Shown: positions 48,392-58,738, counted from the first letter of the stretch. The stretch is DNA of 64,000 bases from Clostridia bacterium (GCA_017618055.1 JAFZVB010000005.1:3136-67135); one strand, 5' to 3'. The notes: a model not told the origin generated them from the letters alone. Program-made: numbers and translations.

Positions 48392-48667
48392 TTAGCGTGA
48401 TCTTCTGAATCGCTTGTTCATAAAGATCATATTGTTCTCTCTCTCGCACTTAGGAATAAACACCTTGAGTTTCTCTGCTGTCTTCCTTAGTACTGGATCA
48501 TTCAAACCACGTTCAAGTGCTTCGTCTATAGATAAGCCAAGGCTAAATCTATTCTCCACACACTCTCTGTGGTGTTGTTTAAACAAATAATAATCTTCTC
48601 CGTTTGATCTAATGAAAAATACATCTTGTCCTTTGATGTTAGGTTTACAATACACTTTGTCTCTCAT
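48392..48667 (-). CDS. Hypothetical 91-aa protein, first gene of the AAA/proteasome-like operon
   Basis: GGAGGA RBS; co-oriented, 37 bp before the AAA gene; basic C-terminus. Confidence 0.75.
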   Translation of the reverse strand: MRDKVYCKPNIKGQDVFFIRSNGEDYYLFKQHHRECVENRFSLGLSIDEALERGLNDPVLRKTAEKLKVFIPKCERENNMIFMNKRFRRSR

Positions 48668-48753
48668 ACGCGTTATCCTCCGTTATTCCTAAAGTCTTGA
48701 ATGATTGAAATACTGCTAGTTGGGCAATACTCCCCACAAATATTTACGTGGAT

Positions 48754-48774
48754 TTGTTACACCATTTATGTATG
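48754..48774 (-). promoter_or_regulatory. Conserved 21-bp motif, copy 3
   Basis: TTGTTACACCATTTATGTATG, 18/21 identical to copy 2; ~87 bp upstream of the 91-aa gene. Confidence 0.6.
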
Positions 48775-48875
48775 AATATAAAAATCCCAAGCATTATTAA
48801 ATTTGTGTGCGACAAAAAATGCACAAATAATGTTTGTTTCATACATACGATTAATAATTACGATTGTTTGTTGAA

Positions 48876-48904
48876 AAATTGTTTTAAATTGTTTTAAATT
48901 GTTT
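48876..48904. repeat. 10-bp tandem repeat, ~3 copies
   Basis: AAATTGTTTT-AAATTGTTTT-AAATTGTTT. Confidence 0.8.
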
Positions 48905-48910
48905 CTAAGT

Positions 48911-48959
48911 ATCCTTGCAGTAACGACTCCCTTTACCTGCATTACTGTTCCTCAAGGAC
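48911..48959 (-). other. Candidate structured RNA element (bulged hairpin)
   Basis: Minus strand GTCCTTG-AGGAA-CAGTAAT-(16 nt)-GTTACTG-CAAGGAT; two positions pair as G-U only on the minus strand. Confidence 0.4.
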
Positions 48960-49135
48960 GGGCTAAATTGGTTGCTAAAATTAAAATAAAAATTTATGTT
49001 GTTTTGTTAAATATCATATTAAAAAAGGTACCCCCATTAATACGTTCAATTATGCTACTATTGTTTACTATATATTTATAATTTTTATAATTGGATTTAG
49101 TCGCAATCCAATACAAGAAACTTAAAAATAATAAA

Positions 49136-49156
49136 CCCTTATACAAAGTATAAGGG
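49136..49156 (-). terminator. Terminator after the RNA polymerase-like gene
   Basis: cccttatac-aaa-gtataaggg perfect 9-bp stem with U-rich tail on the minus strand. Confidence 0.75.
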
Positions 49157-49212
49157 AATTATGTAGTTTATTATTTTTTTGAATAATTTATTGAATATTT
49201 CTTAAAAATTCT

Positions 49213-51903
49213 TTATGATCTCAAATCAAAGAAATAATCGAATATTTGGATTTGTCCGTCCAGTTCTTCTGTAAATGTTGGTAGCTTTTTATTCTTATCC
49301 TTTGAGCGTTTTAATAAGGCAGCAAAGACTGCATTATTTGGTTGGAATAAGATTGATACAACTAGCCATATTCCATTATCCTTATTTCCTTTTTTATCTG
49401 TTATTTTGCCTTGACTTACCTTTTCTAATACCTTCTTTAAAACTGATTCTCTTTTCAATATTTTATTAATTTGCTCACTATAATCATTTCGGATTGATAC
49501 TATATCTTTTTGTATAACTTCCTTACTATATTCATCCTTTGAATTGCTAAGTTCATGTTGCAAAGAAGAATTTGTTGCCTTAAATGTATTACAAATTTCA
49601 ACGATATCATTTATTTTATTATAATCATTTCTTGTTAATACTTCGTCTGTCCATACAAACAAATCTTCTAATTGTATTTTTGTGGTCATTATTCTTTCGC
49701 TATTATAATTAACAAATTCATGAATAGCCTTATTGATATAATCCATTGTTGTCTTATGCTCAACATATGGCTTTTTACTATCACCTTTGCCCTTTATATC
49801 TTTAAAGAATTGAGGTTCAGTTTGAAGAATTTCCTCATGATCAATTAGTAATTTTGTAATAATTGATGATGAGTCTATTCCATAGCTTCGCTTTGCCTTA
49901 TCTATTTCCATACCAGATAAAACTGCAAGAATACATATATCGTTATACAATTTTTTTACATCATCGCTATCAAGTGCTTGCCCCGAGTTAACCATATCCC
50001 ATAATTTACTATTTAATCTTTGAGACAAATTAACAATTATTCCAGTATTATCATTTGATAATTTGGTATCAATTACATCTAAAGACTCACCTTTTACTGA
50101 TACTGGTTTTATATGACAATATGGAACTTTAAAGAATTTATATTGCTCTTTTGTTGTTTTTACAATCACAGGATCATTTGTAATCAACATCGCATCGGAA
50201 TCATAATCGCATCCATTCAATCTTTGTTGAATGTTATCTCCTATTGCATTTACACAAACAACATTATCACCCAAAGTAAAGTATTCCCAAATCCCATCTG
50301 TTTTGTAATTATTTGTAACAGAATACAAGTTGCCCATTGTAATGTGTGGAGATCTTGCGCAAACCAATTCCTCTCCATCTTTAAATTTTTCAATTCTAAC
50401 CTCTCCAGGCTTTAATTCACTTTTGCCATCAAATTTGCCAACAGTTTGACGAAGCATTTCTGGACCATTCCCAAATAAAGTTGCATTAGTTCCATTAATC
50501 AAGAAGTGCCCTTCATATAATCTATCTTTCATTGCATCAACCAAATCATACATTAAATCACTAAATAATTGTGTATTGGCAAAATCACTATTAACTTTTA
50601 ATAGACTAAGAATCGAACCGGCACGGAAAGCAAGACTTTCTTCTTTTGAATCATCCTCGTCAAAAGAAAAATTATCTTTTTCACGATTTGTAAGGTGCTC
50701 AAAATAATAATTCATTATAGCTGGTTCACTTCTTATCCAACTGATAAATGCTGCGTGTTTCTTTACTAATGTTTCTGCTTCTTCTTTTGTAAAATGCAAA
50801 GTATTCAGGAATTGATAACTTGTTTGAACCATTCTTCCATCAAAGAACCTTGTTCTCTTATCACATTTAACAATACCAAATGTATTATCAACATATTTAG
50901 CCCACTTTCTAATATTATCTTCTGTTAATCCACCTTTTAAAAATTTAAGGTATTTCAAACTGTTTGGAGTGGTAACCATAACAATATCTTCTACTTTTGA
51001 AGCTAAAGTCACTCCTCCGAATTCCTTTAGTTGCTCTACTTTAGTAATATTGTTGTCTTTAAACCATTTTTGCAATTTTGTTCTAAATCCACAAGACTTA
51101 AAGAACTTGTTACGCAATAATAACATATGTTTATTGACTAGGTTCTTAGTAAACAAACTCTCGTCCAAAAGAGCTTCACCATCCCATATATCATTTCTAA
51201 TTTCTTCCTGTTTTTCAGTAGCGACCAAAGTATTATCTTTTTTTTCTATAGATACTACATTATCTGTAAATTCTATTACTTGATCATTTATAAATAATAT
51301 GCTACTAATTGGTATTTTTATTAATCCATTTATAGAACTAAGTGACAATGATTGATATGCTTCAAATGAAACTATATCTAATTTCTTTGGAGATAATCCA
51401 CATCTGCTCCATTTGTTCATCTTCGCATATAATTTTTTCAATATAAACAAGCACCTACCATCTCTACTATTGCTAGCACTTCTTTTATATCTAACATATT
51501 CTTTACCATTTATTTTAAAACCATCTTCATATAATCTTGTTCTAAGTTTTGCTGTATCTAATATCACATCACCATAAGTAATATTTGTTTTACCATCATC
51601 AGTTTTTTCTTTTGATAAAATTTCTTTATATGTGTACTTAAAAGAAACACTGACTACGGCCAATGTATATTTAAAACCATACTTATCTACTTGATAGAAG
51701 TTGTCCTTTTTTGCATTTTCTGGATTATATATTTTGTGAAGTTGTATCGTATCTAAAGACCAATCCAAAGTATTTCTAAATTTTTTGTAATAGGCTCTTG
51801 AACCTTTTTTAGGTAGTTTGTATCCTTTTTTAGAATCACTATCCATACCACGACAAATGTCACAAGCTTCTAATGAGAGAATTCTATATTGTTCTAATTC
51901 CAT
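49213..51903 (-). CDS. YonO-like / eukaryotic-RdRP-like two-barrel single-subunit RNA polymerase
   Basis: Ordered motifs WDGEAL, LLRNKFFKS, TPNSLKY, SYQFLNTL, ARSPH, QRLNGCDYDSD (DxDxD), TGIIVN, EIDKAK match the RdRP/YonO motif series. Confidence 0.85.
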   Translation of the reverse strand: MELEQYRILSLEACDICRGMDSDSKKGYKLPKKGSRAYYKKFRNTLDWSLDTIQLHKIYNPENAKKDNFYQVDKYGFKYTLAVVSVSFKYTYKEILSKEKTDDGKTNITYGDVILDTAKLRTRLYEDGFKINGKEYVRYKRSASNSRDGRCLFILKKLYAKMNKWSRCGLSPKKLDIVSFEAYQSLSLSSINGLIKIPISSILFINDQVIEFTDNVVSIEKKDNTLVATEKQEEIRNDIWDGEALLDESLFTKNLVNKHMLLLRNKFFKSCGFRTKLQKWFKDNNITKVEQLKEFGGVTLASKVEDIVMVTTPNSLKYLKFLKGGLTEDNIRKWAKYVDNTFGIVKCDKRTRFFDGRMVQTSYQFLNTLHFTKEEAETLVKKHAAFISWIRSEPAIMNYYFEHLTNREKDNFSFDEDDSKEESLAFRAGSILSLLKVNSDFANTQLFSDLMYDLVDAMKDRLYEGHFLINGTNATLFGNGPEMLRQTVGKFDGKSELKPGEVRIEKFKDGEELVCARSPHITMGNLYSVTNNYKTDGIWEYFTLGDNVVCVNAIGDNIQQRLNGCDYDSDAMLITNDPVIVKTTKEQYKFFKVPYCHIKPVSVKGESLDVIDTKLSNDNTGIIVNLSQRLNSKLWDMVNSGQALDSDDVKKLYNDICILAVLSGMEIDKAKRSYGIDSSSIITKLLIDHEEILQTEPQFFKDIKGKGDSKKPYVEHKTTMDYINKAIHEFVNYNSERIMTTKIQLEDLFVWTDEVLTRNDYNKINDIVEICNTFKATNSSLQHELSNSKDEYSKEVIQKDIVSIRNDYSEQINKILKRESVLKKVLEKVSQGKITDKKGNKDNGIWLVVSILFQPNNAVFAALLKRSKDKNKKLPTFTEELDGQIQIFDYFFDLRS

Positions 51904-51912
51904 ATACCACCC

Positions 51913-53526
51913 CTATATCTTATGATATTCTTTTATTTCTCCGAGACTATTTGTAAACATAATCTCTATATCGCCATCTTTAATCTCTATTGCTGTTCCA
52001 GTAAATTGGTATCCAAATAGAGTTTCAAATCTCATATTTTCGTCATTACGTAATGAACCAAGTACAAGTGGGAAACTAGCAATATTTTTACCTTTAACCT
52101 TACTATCTTGAGCAGTTGCAACTTCACCAGGAGCAAAATACTTGGTTGTATGAGAATGACCACACATCATAAAATCAATATTCATATCTTCTAGATATGT
52201 TAAAATCTCTCTCATTGGCTCCCCACCAAATTTTTCTATAGATATTGGGAATGCCTCATGACATACTGCGATTCTATATTTAATAGAAGGGTCATCAAAT
52301 AAACCACTATCTTTAATAGATTTCACCCACTTTGCCTCGTCCTTTCTATATTGCTCATAGTCTCCAACATCTTTTGCAACTGTTCTTGCATCTTTGTCCA
52401 AATTTCCTATATCTAACACTATGAATGCTATATCCCCAACCTTAACTGTGTAATAGAATGTATTGTCTCTAGATGCATACCAAATTGGTAAATTAACTAG
52501 TTGAGATCCAACTGCTTCATGGTTTCCTCTGCTAAGTATAACAGGCACAGAGCCATTTGTAATATTTCCAACTAATCTGTACATATTCTTAATCTGCCAA
52601 TCTTCAGAAACATCATTGAGATGATCTCCATTTGCAATTAATATATCTAATTTGTCTCCATAATAAGATGCTGCTCTTTGTGGTCCGGTTCTATATAGAT
52701 GGTTGTCACTAATATTGTATATTTGTATTCCATCATCAAAGTTTATTGGTCTAAATGTATAGTCTTTAGAAACTGTGGAAGTTCTAATTGGATAATATGC
52801 TCTATTATGAGAAACACCATAGGAAACAACTTTATAGTTGTTATTGTTATCTAAAATCTCTCTTGGAATAGTTACTTTATGTAATGTAGAACAGTTTAAT
52901 GCTCCCGCATATGAATCATAATATTTTTCATCCCCTATCTCAATATATCCTGCTGTTGTTGTAGATGTGCTCCAGCAAATCTGATACTCATCCTCTACCA
53001 TATACACCGCTGCTTTGGTATCAAAGAAAACAGGTTGCAAGTTGAATACACCAAATACAAATGCACATGCAATAACAAATCCTATAACACTAGCTAGAAT
53101 CAGCTTGGTTCTCTTGTCAAAACTCTCCCTTTTAACAAATACAATTAGAGCAATAATTATTAGTATAACCAATAAATATGGGAACATCTCAATTGTAAAA
53201 TAAACCAATTTAGAAAGATATGCCGCTAACATTACAAAAATAAGAATACACCAAATTATTCCTAATGCTGCACTACAAATCTCAACAACAGAATTCTTAA
53301 AGAATATTCTATTTATTGTAAACAATAAAAATGGAATAAAAACAACTGTTCCAAATAATGCTGGAATGAAATATGCAGTATAGTACATTGGATTGTACAA
53401 AGTATTCCATAAACTATAAAAGAAAATGATAGGTGCTAATGTTAAAAATAGACATAAAATCCATAACTTATGCCTATTAATAAATACATAGATGTCTCTA
53501 ATCTTTTGCTTTACCAATTCTTTCAT
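51913..53526 (-). CDS. Membrane-anchored metallophosphoesterase (purple acid phosphatase-like)
   Basis: About 5 N-terminal TMs, FN3-like region, SDNH, NGD, RGNHE, CH, GHSH. Confidence 0.88.
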   Translation of the reverse strand: MKELVKQKIRDIYVFINRHKLWILCLFLTLAPIIFFYSLWNTLYNPMYYTAYFIPALFGTVVFIPFLLFTINRIFFKNSVVEICSAALGIIWCILIFVMLAAYLSKLVYFTIEMFPYLLVILIIIALIVFVKRESFDKRTKLILASVIGFVIACAFVFGVFNLQPVFFDTKAAVYMVEDEYQICWSTSTTTAGYIEIGDEKYYDSYAGALNCSTLHKVTIPREILDNNNNYKVVSYGVSHNRAYYPIRTSTVSKDYTFRPINFDDGIQIYNISDNHLYRTGPQRAASYYGDKLDILIANGDHLNDVSEDWQIKNMYRLVGNITNGSVPVILSRGNHEAVGSQLVNLPIWYASRDNTFYYTVKVGDIAFIVLDIGNLDKDARTVAKDVGDYEQYRKDEAKWVKSIKDSGLFDDPSIKYRIAVCHEAFPISIEKFGGEPMREILTYLEDMNIDFMMCGHSHTTKYFAPGEVATAQDSKVKGKNIASFPLVLGSLRNDENMRFETLFGYQFTGTAIEIKDGDIEIMFTNSLGEIKEYHKI

Positions 53527-53634
53527 TACTAAAAATATATATTTTTAATGCGTAGAATGTCAATACCTAAATTAACTATTCATTTAATTTAACTTGAAAA
53601 TAATATTGCTATACATTATAATTTTAGAAGTTAA

Positions 53635-54963
<1,329 letters not shown>

Positions 54964-54984
54964 TAATCAAGCCTAATAATAACT

Positions 54985-55014
54985 TCCCTTGTCTTTTTGA
55001 GGCAAGGGATTTTT
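54985..55014 (+). terminator. Terminator after eno
   Basis: tcccttgtct...aggcaaggga followed by a T-tract. Confidence 0.8.
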
Positions 55015-55068
55015 ATTTATATGAATATGTTATATAATAGTTGCAAGAAAAACTTTAGGAGAAAACAT

Positions 55069-55581
55069 ATGGACTTCACTACACTTTGCAAAGAAAGATA
55101 CTCGGTTAGAAAATTTTCAGACAAACAAATACCAGAAGAAGTATTAAATAAGGTACTTGTAGATGGCAATTTAGCACCTACAGCAAAAAACAATAATCCT
55201 GTTAGATTATTAATATGCAAATCCGAAGAAGCTATTCAAAAAGCAAAAGAATGCTCCCCATGTGTATATGGAGCACCTGCTGTAATTATTGTATGCGTAG
55301 ATAAGGATATTTGCTGGAATTCAACAGATGGAAAAAGATCTAGCGATGCAATAGATGCAACACTAGTTGGTTCACAATTAATGCTCTCTGCAACCGAGAA
55401 CGGACTTGGAACCTGCTTTGTTCTTCTCTTTGATCCAGATAAGACTAAAGAGTTATTCTCTCTTCCAGAAAATATTAAACCTATATTCTTCTTACCTATT
55501 GGTTATGCATCTGATGATTGCAAGCCAAATGAAAGACATTTTATTAGAAATAAGGTAGAAGATATTACAACAATTTTATAA
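55069..55581 (+). CDS. Nitroreductase family protein
   Basis: Start ATG 55069 (AGGAG RBS); RYSVRKF, APTAKN, GLGTC, IGY. Confidence 0.9.
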   Translation: MDFTTLCKERYSVRKFSDKQIPEEVLNKVLVDGNLAPTAKNNNPVRLLICKSEEAIQKAKECSPCVYGAPAVIIVCVDKDICWNSTDGKRSSDAIDATLVGSQLMLSATENGLGTCFVLLFDPDKTKELFSLPENIKPIFFLPIGYASDDCKPNERHFIRNKVEDITTIL

Positions 55582-55599
55582 ACCTTTTATATTTAATAT

Positions 55600-55629
55600 A
55601 AAAAGCAGACGTTATTAGCGCCTGCTTTT
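55600..55629. terminator. Bidirectional terminator
   Basis: aaaagcag.cg...cg.ctgctttt between convergent genes. Confidence 0.75.
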
Positions 55630-55648
55630 ATTATTTAGTTTAAGTTAA

Positions 55649-57085
55649 TTATTTCTTTAAACCTGCTGCAAGTCTTACACATTCATAAGCACCGTCATAG
55701 TATCCTGTCTCTTTGAGTTCATCAATTCTATCGCACATATGTGTAAGAATTTCTTTATCTGATAATAATCTATCAAACATTTCGTTAATGGATTCCTTTG
55801 TTGGGCATTCAAATGTGCTGTCACCCTTCTCTCTTCCATTAATTGCACCATATACTTCGTGTCCACCAATGTGTCTCATAAATACCTTTGGAATTGGATA
55901 GTATGCTAGTTCACTTGGCTTTGTTACTAAAATATCTGTTACAGGCATAAATAAGTTTGTAGAATAAACTGCTTGGAAGATATCATTATTGCAGAATGCG
56001 TAAATACCATTTACATCTTCGTTTCTAATCTTCTTTGCAAATGCCTTTAATTCATCATACTTATTGAAGAAGTTTGTTGTTTCAAATCCACCTAAAGCTT
56101 CATTGAGTTTATGATAGATTCCTTCATGATCTCCAAAGTTAATGAAGAGTGCAACCTTACCTTCCTCTACATATGGAATTAAGTGTTTAATCATAGCAAC
56201 GTACATATCAAAACCAGCACCAGCGCCACCAACTGTCATTAAGATTCTAATTGGTTTGCCATTTGCAATACGGTCTCTACGTAGGTCGTTGTCTTCCTTT
56301 AAGTTAACAAGTAATTCATGGTCTACAAAACATCCAACCATCTTTAATTGTTCTTCTGGAATGCCGTTAAGTGGCTTCTTATCAAATCCGTTTAACATCT
56401 TATATCCTAAATATGCGAATGGAGTTTGAACTGTATGAATAGCACCCTCAGAAAGATGTAATCCCATTGGCCAGTTATCTGGAATTGCGTTAACAACATT
56501 TGTCATACCTGCATGGATAGCACCTTGAGATGGCCATACGTGTGTTGCAATATATGGAATATCCTTTGGAATATTCTTAAAGATAGGAACTAATAATTCA
56601 CTATTCTTTTGATCTTTTGCATTGTATGAAATCTTTTTGAATCCTTCACTATTTAATGGTTCCCAAACGAGTTTATTAAATAATTTAGATTTTTGGGAAA
56701 TACGAGATGCAAGAGAATATAAATCATTTTGTTCTCTAATCATCTTTGAACCTGTAGCATCAAAAGATGCTAAGTCTAACCAATATGGCTTGAATCCTAA
56801 TGCACGTGCACAAGATGCCATAGCAATAGAAATACGATAGTGACCGAATCCCATACGGATGTTACCAACGATTAATGCCTTTGGATCAAACTCTGCATTG
56901 CTCTCTCCAAATACGATGTTATCTGCACCGATAAAGTCTAGAGTATCAATTGCTTTGAAACCAATTTTATAGTCTGCACTTGAGTCGTCCCCGTACTTTT
57001 TGATGAATTTTGCCTTGGACTTTTCTGCTGCTTTAATAGTCTTTGCGTCCATTGGGTTGTTAAAAATACTTGAAGTCTTGTCCAT
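55649..57085 (-). CDS. Uncharacterised GT-B glycosyltransferase-like protein (MGDG synthase/MurG-like motifs)
   Basis: MGFGH...A, IATH.WP, PD, VGGAG, DILVTKPSE, HE..GA; start ATG 57085 (AAGGAG RBS). Confidence 0.6.
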   Translation of the reverse strand: MDKTSSIFNNPMDAKTIKAAEKSKAKFIKKYGDDSSADYKIGFKAIDTLDFIGADNIVFGESNAEFDPKALIVGNIRMGFGHYRISIAMASCARALGFKPYWLDLASFDATGSKMIREQNDLYSLASRISQKSKLFNKLVWEPLNSEGFKKISYNAKDQKNSELLVPIFKNIPKDIPYIATHVWPSQGAIHAGMTNVVNAIPDNWPMGLHLSEGAIHTVQTPFAYLGYKMLNGFDKKPLNGIPEEQLKMVGCFVDHELLVNLKEDNDLRRDRIANGKPIRILMTVGGAGAGFDMYVAMIKHLIPYVEEGKVALFINFGDHEGIYHKLNEALGGFETTNFFNKYDELKAFAKKIRNEDVNGIYAFCNNDIFQAVYSTNLFMPVTDILVTKPSELAYYPIPKVFMRHIGGHEVYGAINGREKGDSTFECPTKESINEMFDRLLSDKEILTHMCDRIDELKETGYYDGAYECVRLAAGLKK

Positions 57086-57089
57086 AATT

Positions 57090-58712
57090 TTATTCTCCTT
57101 TATCTTCTTCATTTGTTTCTACGATTGTTTCTTCTTGAGGTTCTTCCTCAACTTCATCTACAGTTTCTTCTGCAGTTTCTTCTCTTTCTTCCATTTCTTT
57201 TACTTCATCTGCTGTGACTTCTTCATCATTTGCGAGTTTATCGAATTTGGATTCCTTTTCAAGAGCTGCCATAAAGTCTGCGTCTGAATCTTTCGCAATG
57301 AGTTTCATAATCTTCTTTTCTCTATAGAAGAATAAGATAACAGCACCTAATACACAGAATACAATTGCTACGATAGCTACAATACCAAGACCGAGTGGGT
57401 TGGCTGTAATATCATTAGAAGTCTTATCTGCGTTTACTGTACCAATAATTGCGAGTGACGTGAAAGCAAGCATTGCTATAGATTGACCTAATTTCATTGA
57501 GAATGTACGTGCTGCAAAGAACATACCCTCTCTATTCTCACCTGTTACAACTGCTTCAGCTTCTGCAACGTCTGCAACGATAGATTGTGGGATAATACCA
57601 AGTAGTGCCATTGGGAATGCTGCAATTAAACAGATTGCGAATCCTAGAACATATCCTATTGCTGGGATTGCTGCAATACCTGGAAGGTTTGTTAAACCAG
57701 CCACTACGTATGCAATTGCTAAACCAAAAAAACCAATAATGACAAGTTTCTTCTTTCCGAACTTCTTAACGAGTTTTGTAACGAATGGATATACAGCTGC
57801 ACTTAGAACTGTCATAACACCCATTAATACCATAACCATTAATTCTGGAAGTTGCATTGAAACTTTTACAAAGAATGGTAAACCTGTTTGGAAGAGTGTT
57901 AATCCGATCCAGTACATGATATCTGAACCAACGAATACTCTGAAGTCCTTATTCTTAAATGTAGATGCAAGAGATTTGAACATATTTGATTTGCTTGGTT
58001 CTGCATCTACGAATTCTTTTTCTTTTAGAAGGAATGTTGGGAGTAACATCATAACCAATGCTATAACTGCAAGGACTATGAAGACTATTCTATAACTCCA
58101 TGCAAAGCCCACTGCACCACGAAGGAATCCTGCGAACAAGAATGGTGTGTATGCTAATAGCGTACCAGCAAAGAATGTGAGAGAAATTGCTGTTGAAATT
58201 GCCATTCTATCTTCTTGTGTCTTACCAAACTCTGAAATAAGAGCATTATATGGTGTACAGTACATTGTCATGAATAAGTAGAATAAGATAACGAATACTG
58301 AAATCCATGCTACGTTCCATCCGCTAATCTCCTCTATTGGAGCACAGAATAAAAGAACTGTTGTTACTGCAAATGGAATTGCAGAATATTGCATGAAAGG
58401 AATTCTTCTTCCTCTTCTATTCTTACTTCTATCTGAAAGTGATGCGATTAATGGGTCTGTTACTGCGTCAAATAAACGGCTTATTGCTGTAATTAAACCT
58501 AAGATTGTTAAGAATCCTGCAATTACTAGACCTGGTTTGATGTATGAAATAGCACCAACTTCGATGTCCCCTTGTGTTGGAAGGTAGAATGTTACTAACC
58601 ATGTATTAACAATACCACCTAAAATAGACCAACCAAGTTGTCCTAAAGCAAATATCCAAATCTGCTTCTTACTTAGTCTTTTGCCAACTGGCTTTTCTGC
58701 TACATTTTCCAT
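57090..58712 (-). CDS. MFS transporter, glycoside-pentoside-hexuronide (MelB-like) family
   Basis: RLFDAVTDPLIA.LSDR...GRRIPF, PYNAL..E, ADV......G..REG.FF; 12 TMs. Confidence 0.9.
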   Translation of the reverse strand: MENVAEKPVGKRLSKKQIWIFALGQLGWSILGGIVNTWLVTFYLPTQGDIEVGAISYIKPGLVIAGFLTILGLITAISRLFDAVTDPLIASLSDRSKNRRGRRIPFMQYSAIPFAVTTVLLFCAPIEEISGWNVAWISVFVILFYLFMTMYCTPYNALISEFGKTQEDRMAISTAISLTFFAGTLLAYTPFLFAGFLRGAVGFAWSYRIVFIVLAVIALVMMLLPTFLLKEKEFVDAEPSKSNMFKSLASTFKNKDFRVFVGSDIMYWIGLTLFQTGLPFFVKVSMQLPELMVMVLMGVMTVLSAAVYPFVTKLVKKFGKKKLVIIGFFGLAIAYVVAGLTNLPGIAAIPAIGYVLGFAICLIAAFPMALLGIIPQSIVADVAEAEAVVTGENREGMFFAARTFSMKLGQSIAMLAFTSLAIIGTVNADKTSNDITANPLGLGIVAIVAIVFCVLGAVILFFYREKKIMKLIAKDSDADFMAALEKESKFDKLANDEEVTADEVKEMEEREETAEETVDEVEEEPQEETIVETNEEDKGE

Positions 58713-58738
58713 AATTTCCCTTAAATCTCCTTATGGTG

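Larger units (their letters stand above)
38045..51903 (-). other. Accessory stress/defence-like island at the 3' end of tRNA-Leu(CAA)
   Basis: Fifteen co-oriented non-housekeeping genes between a tRNA and core genes; no integrase or att duplication seen, so the boundaries are approximate. Confidence 0.6.

Noticed and set aside
47212-48667. ESCRT/Cdv-like membrane remodelling system
   Set aside because: No ESCRT-III/PspA-like coiled-coil partner is encoded in the island
37871-48831. 15-bp direct repeat AAATGCACAAATAAT at 37871 and 48817 as island att sites
   Set aside because: Very AT-rich, so plausible by chance; it lies upstream of the tRNA rather than at its 3' end and would exclude the RNAP gene
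48899-49081. 60-aa plus-strand ORF in the RNAP-AAA spacer
   Set aside because: TTG start without an RBS, AT-rich low-information sequence, opposite to all island genes
38045-51903. Prophage or ICE
   Set aside because: No integrase, terminase, capsid, relaxase or T4SS genes, and I saw no second copy of the tRNA-Leu 3' end to serve as an att site
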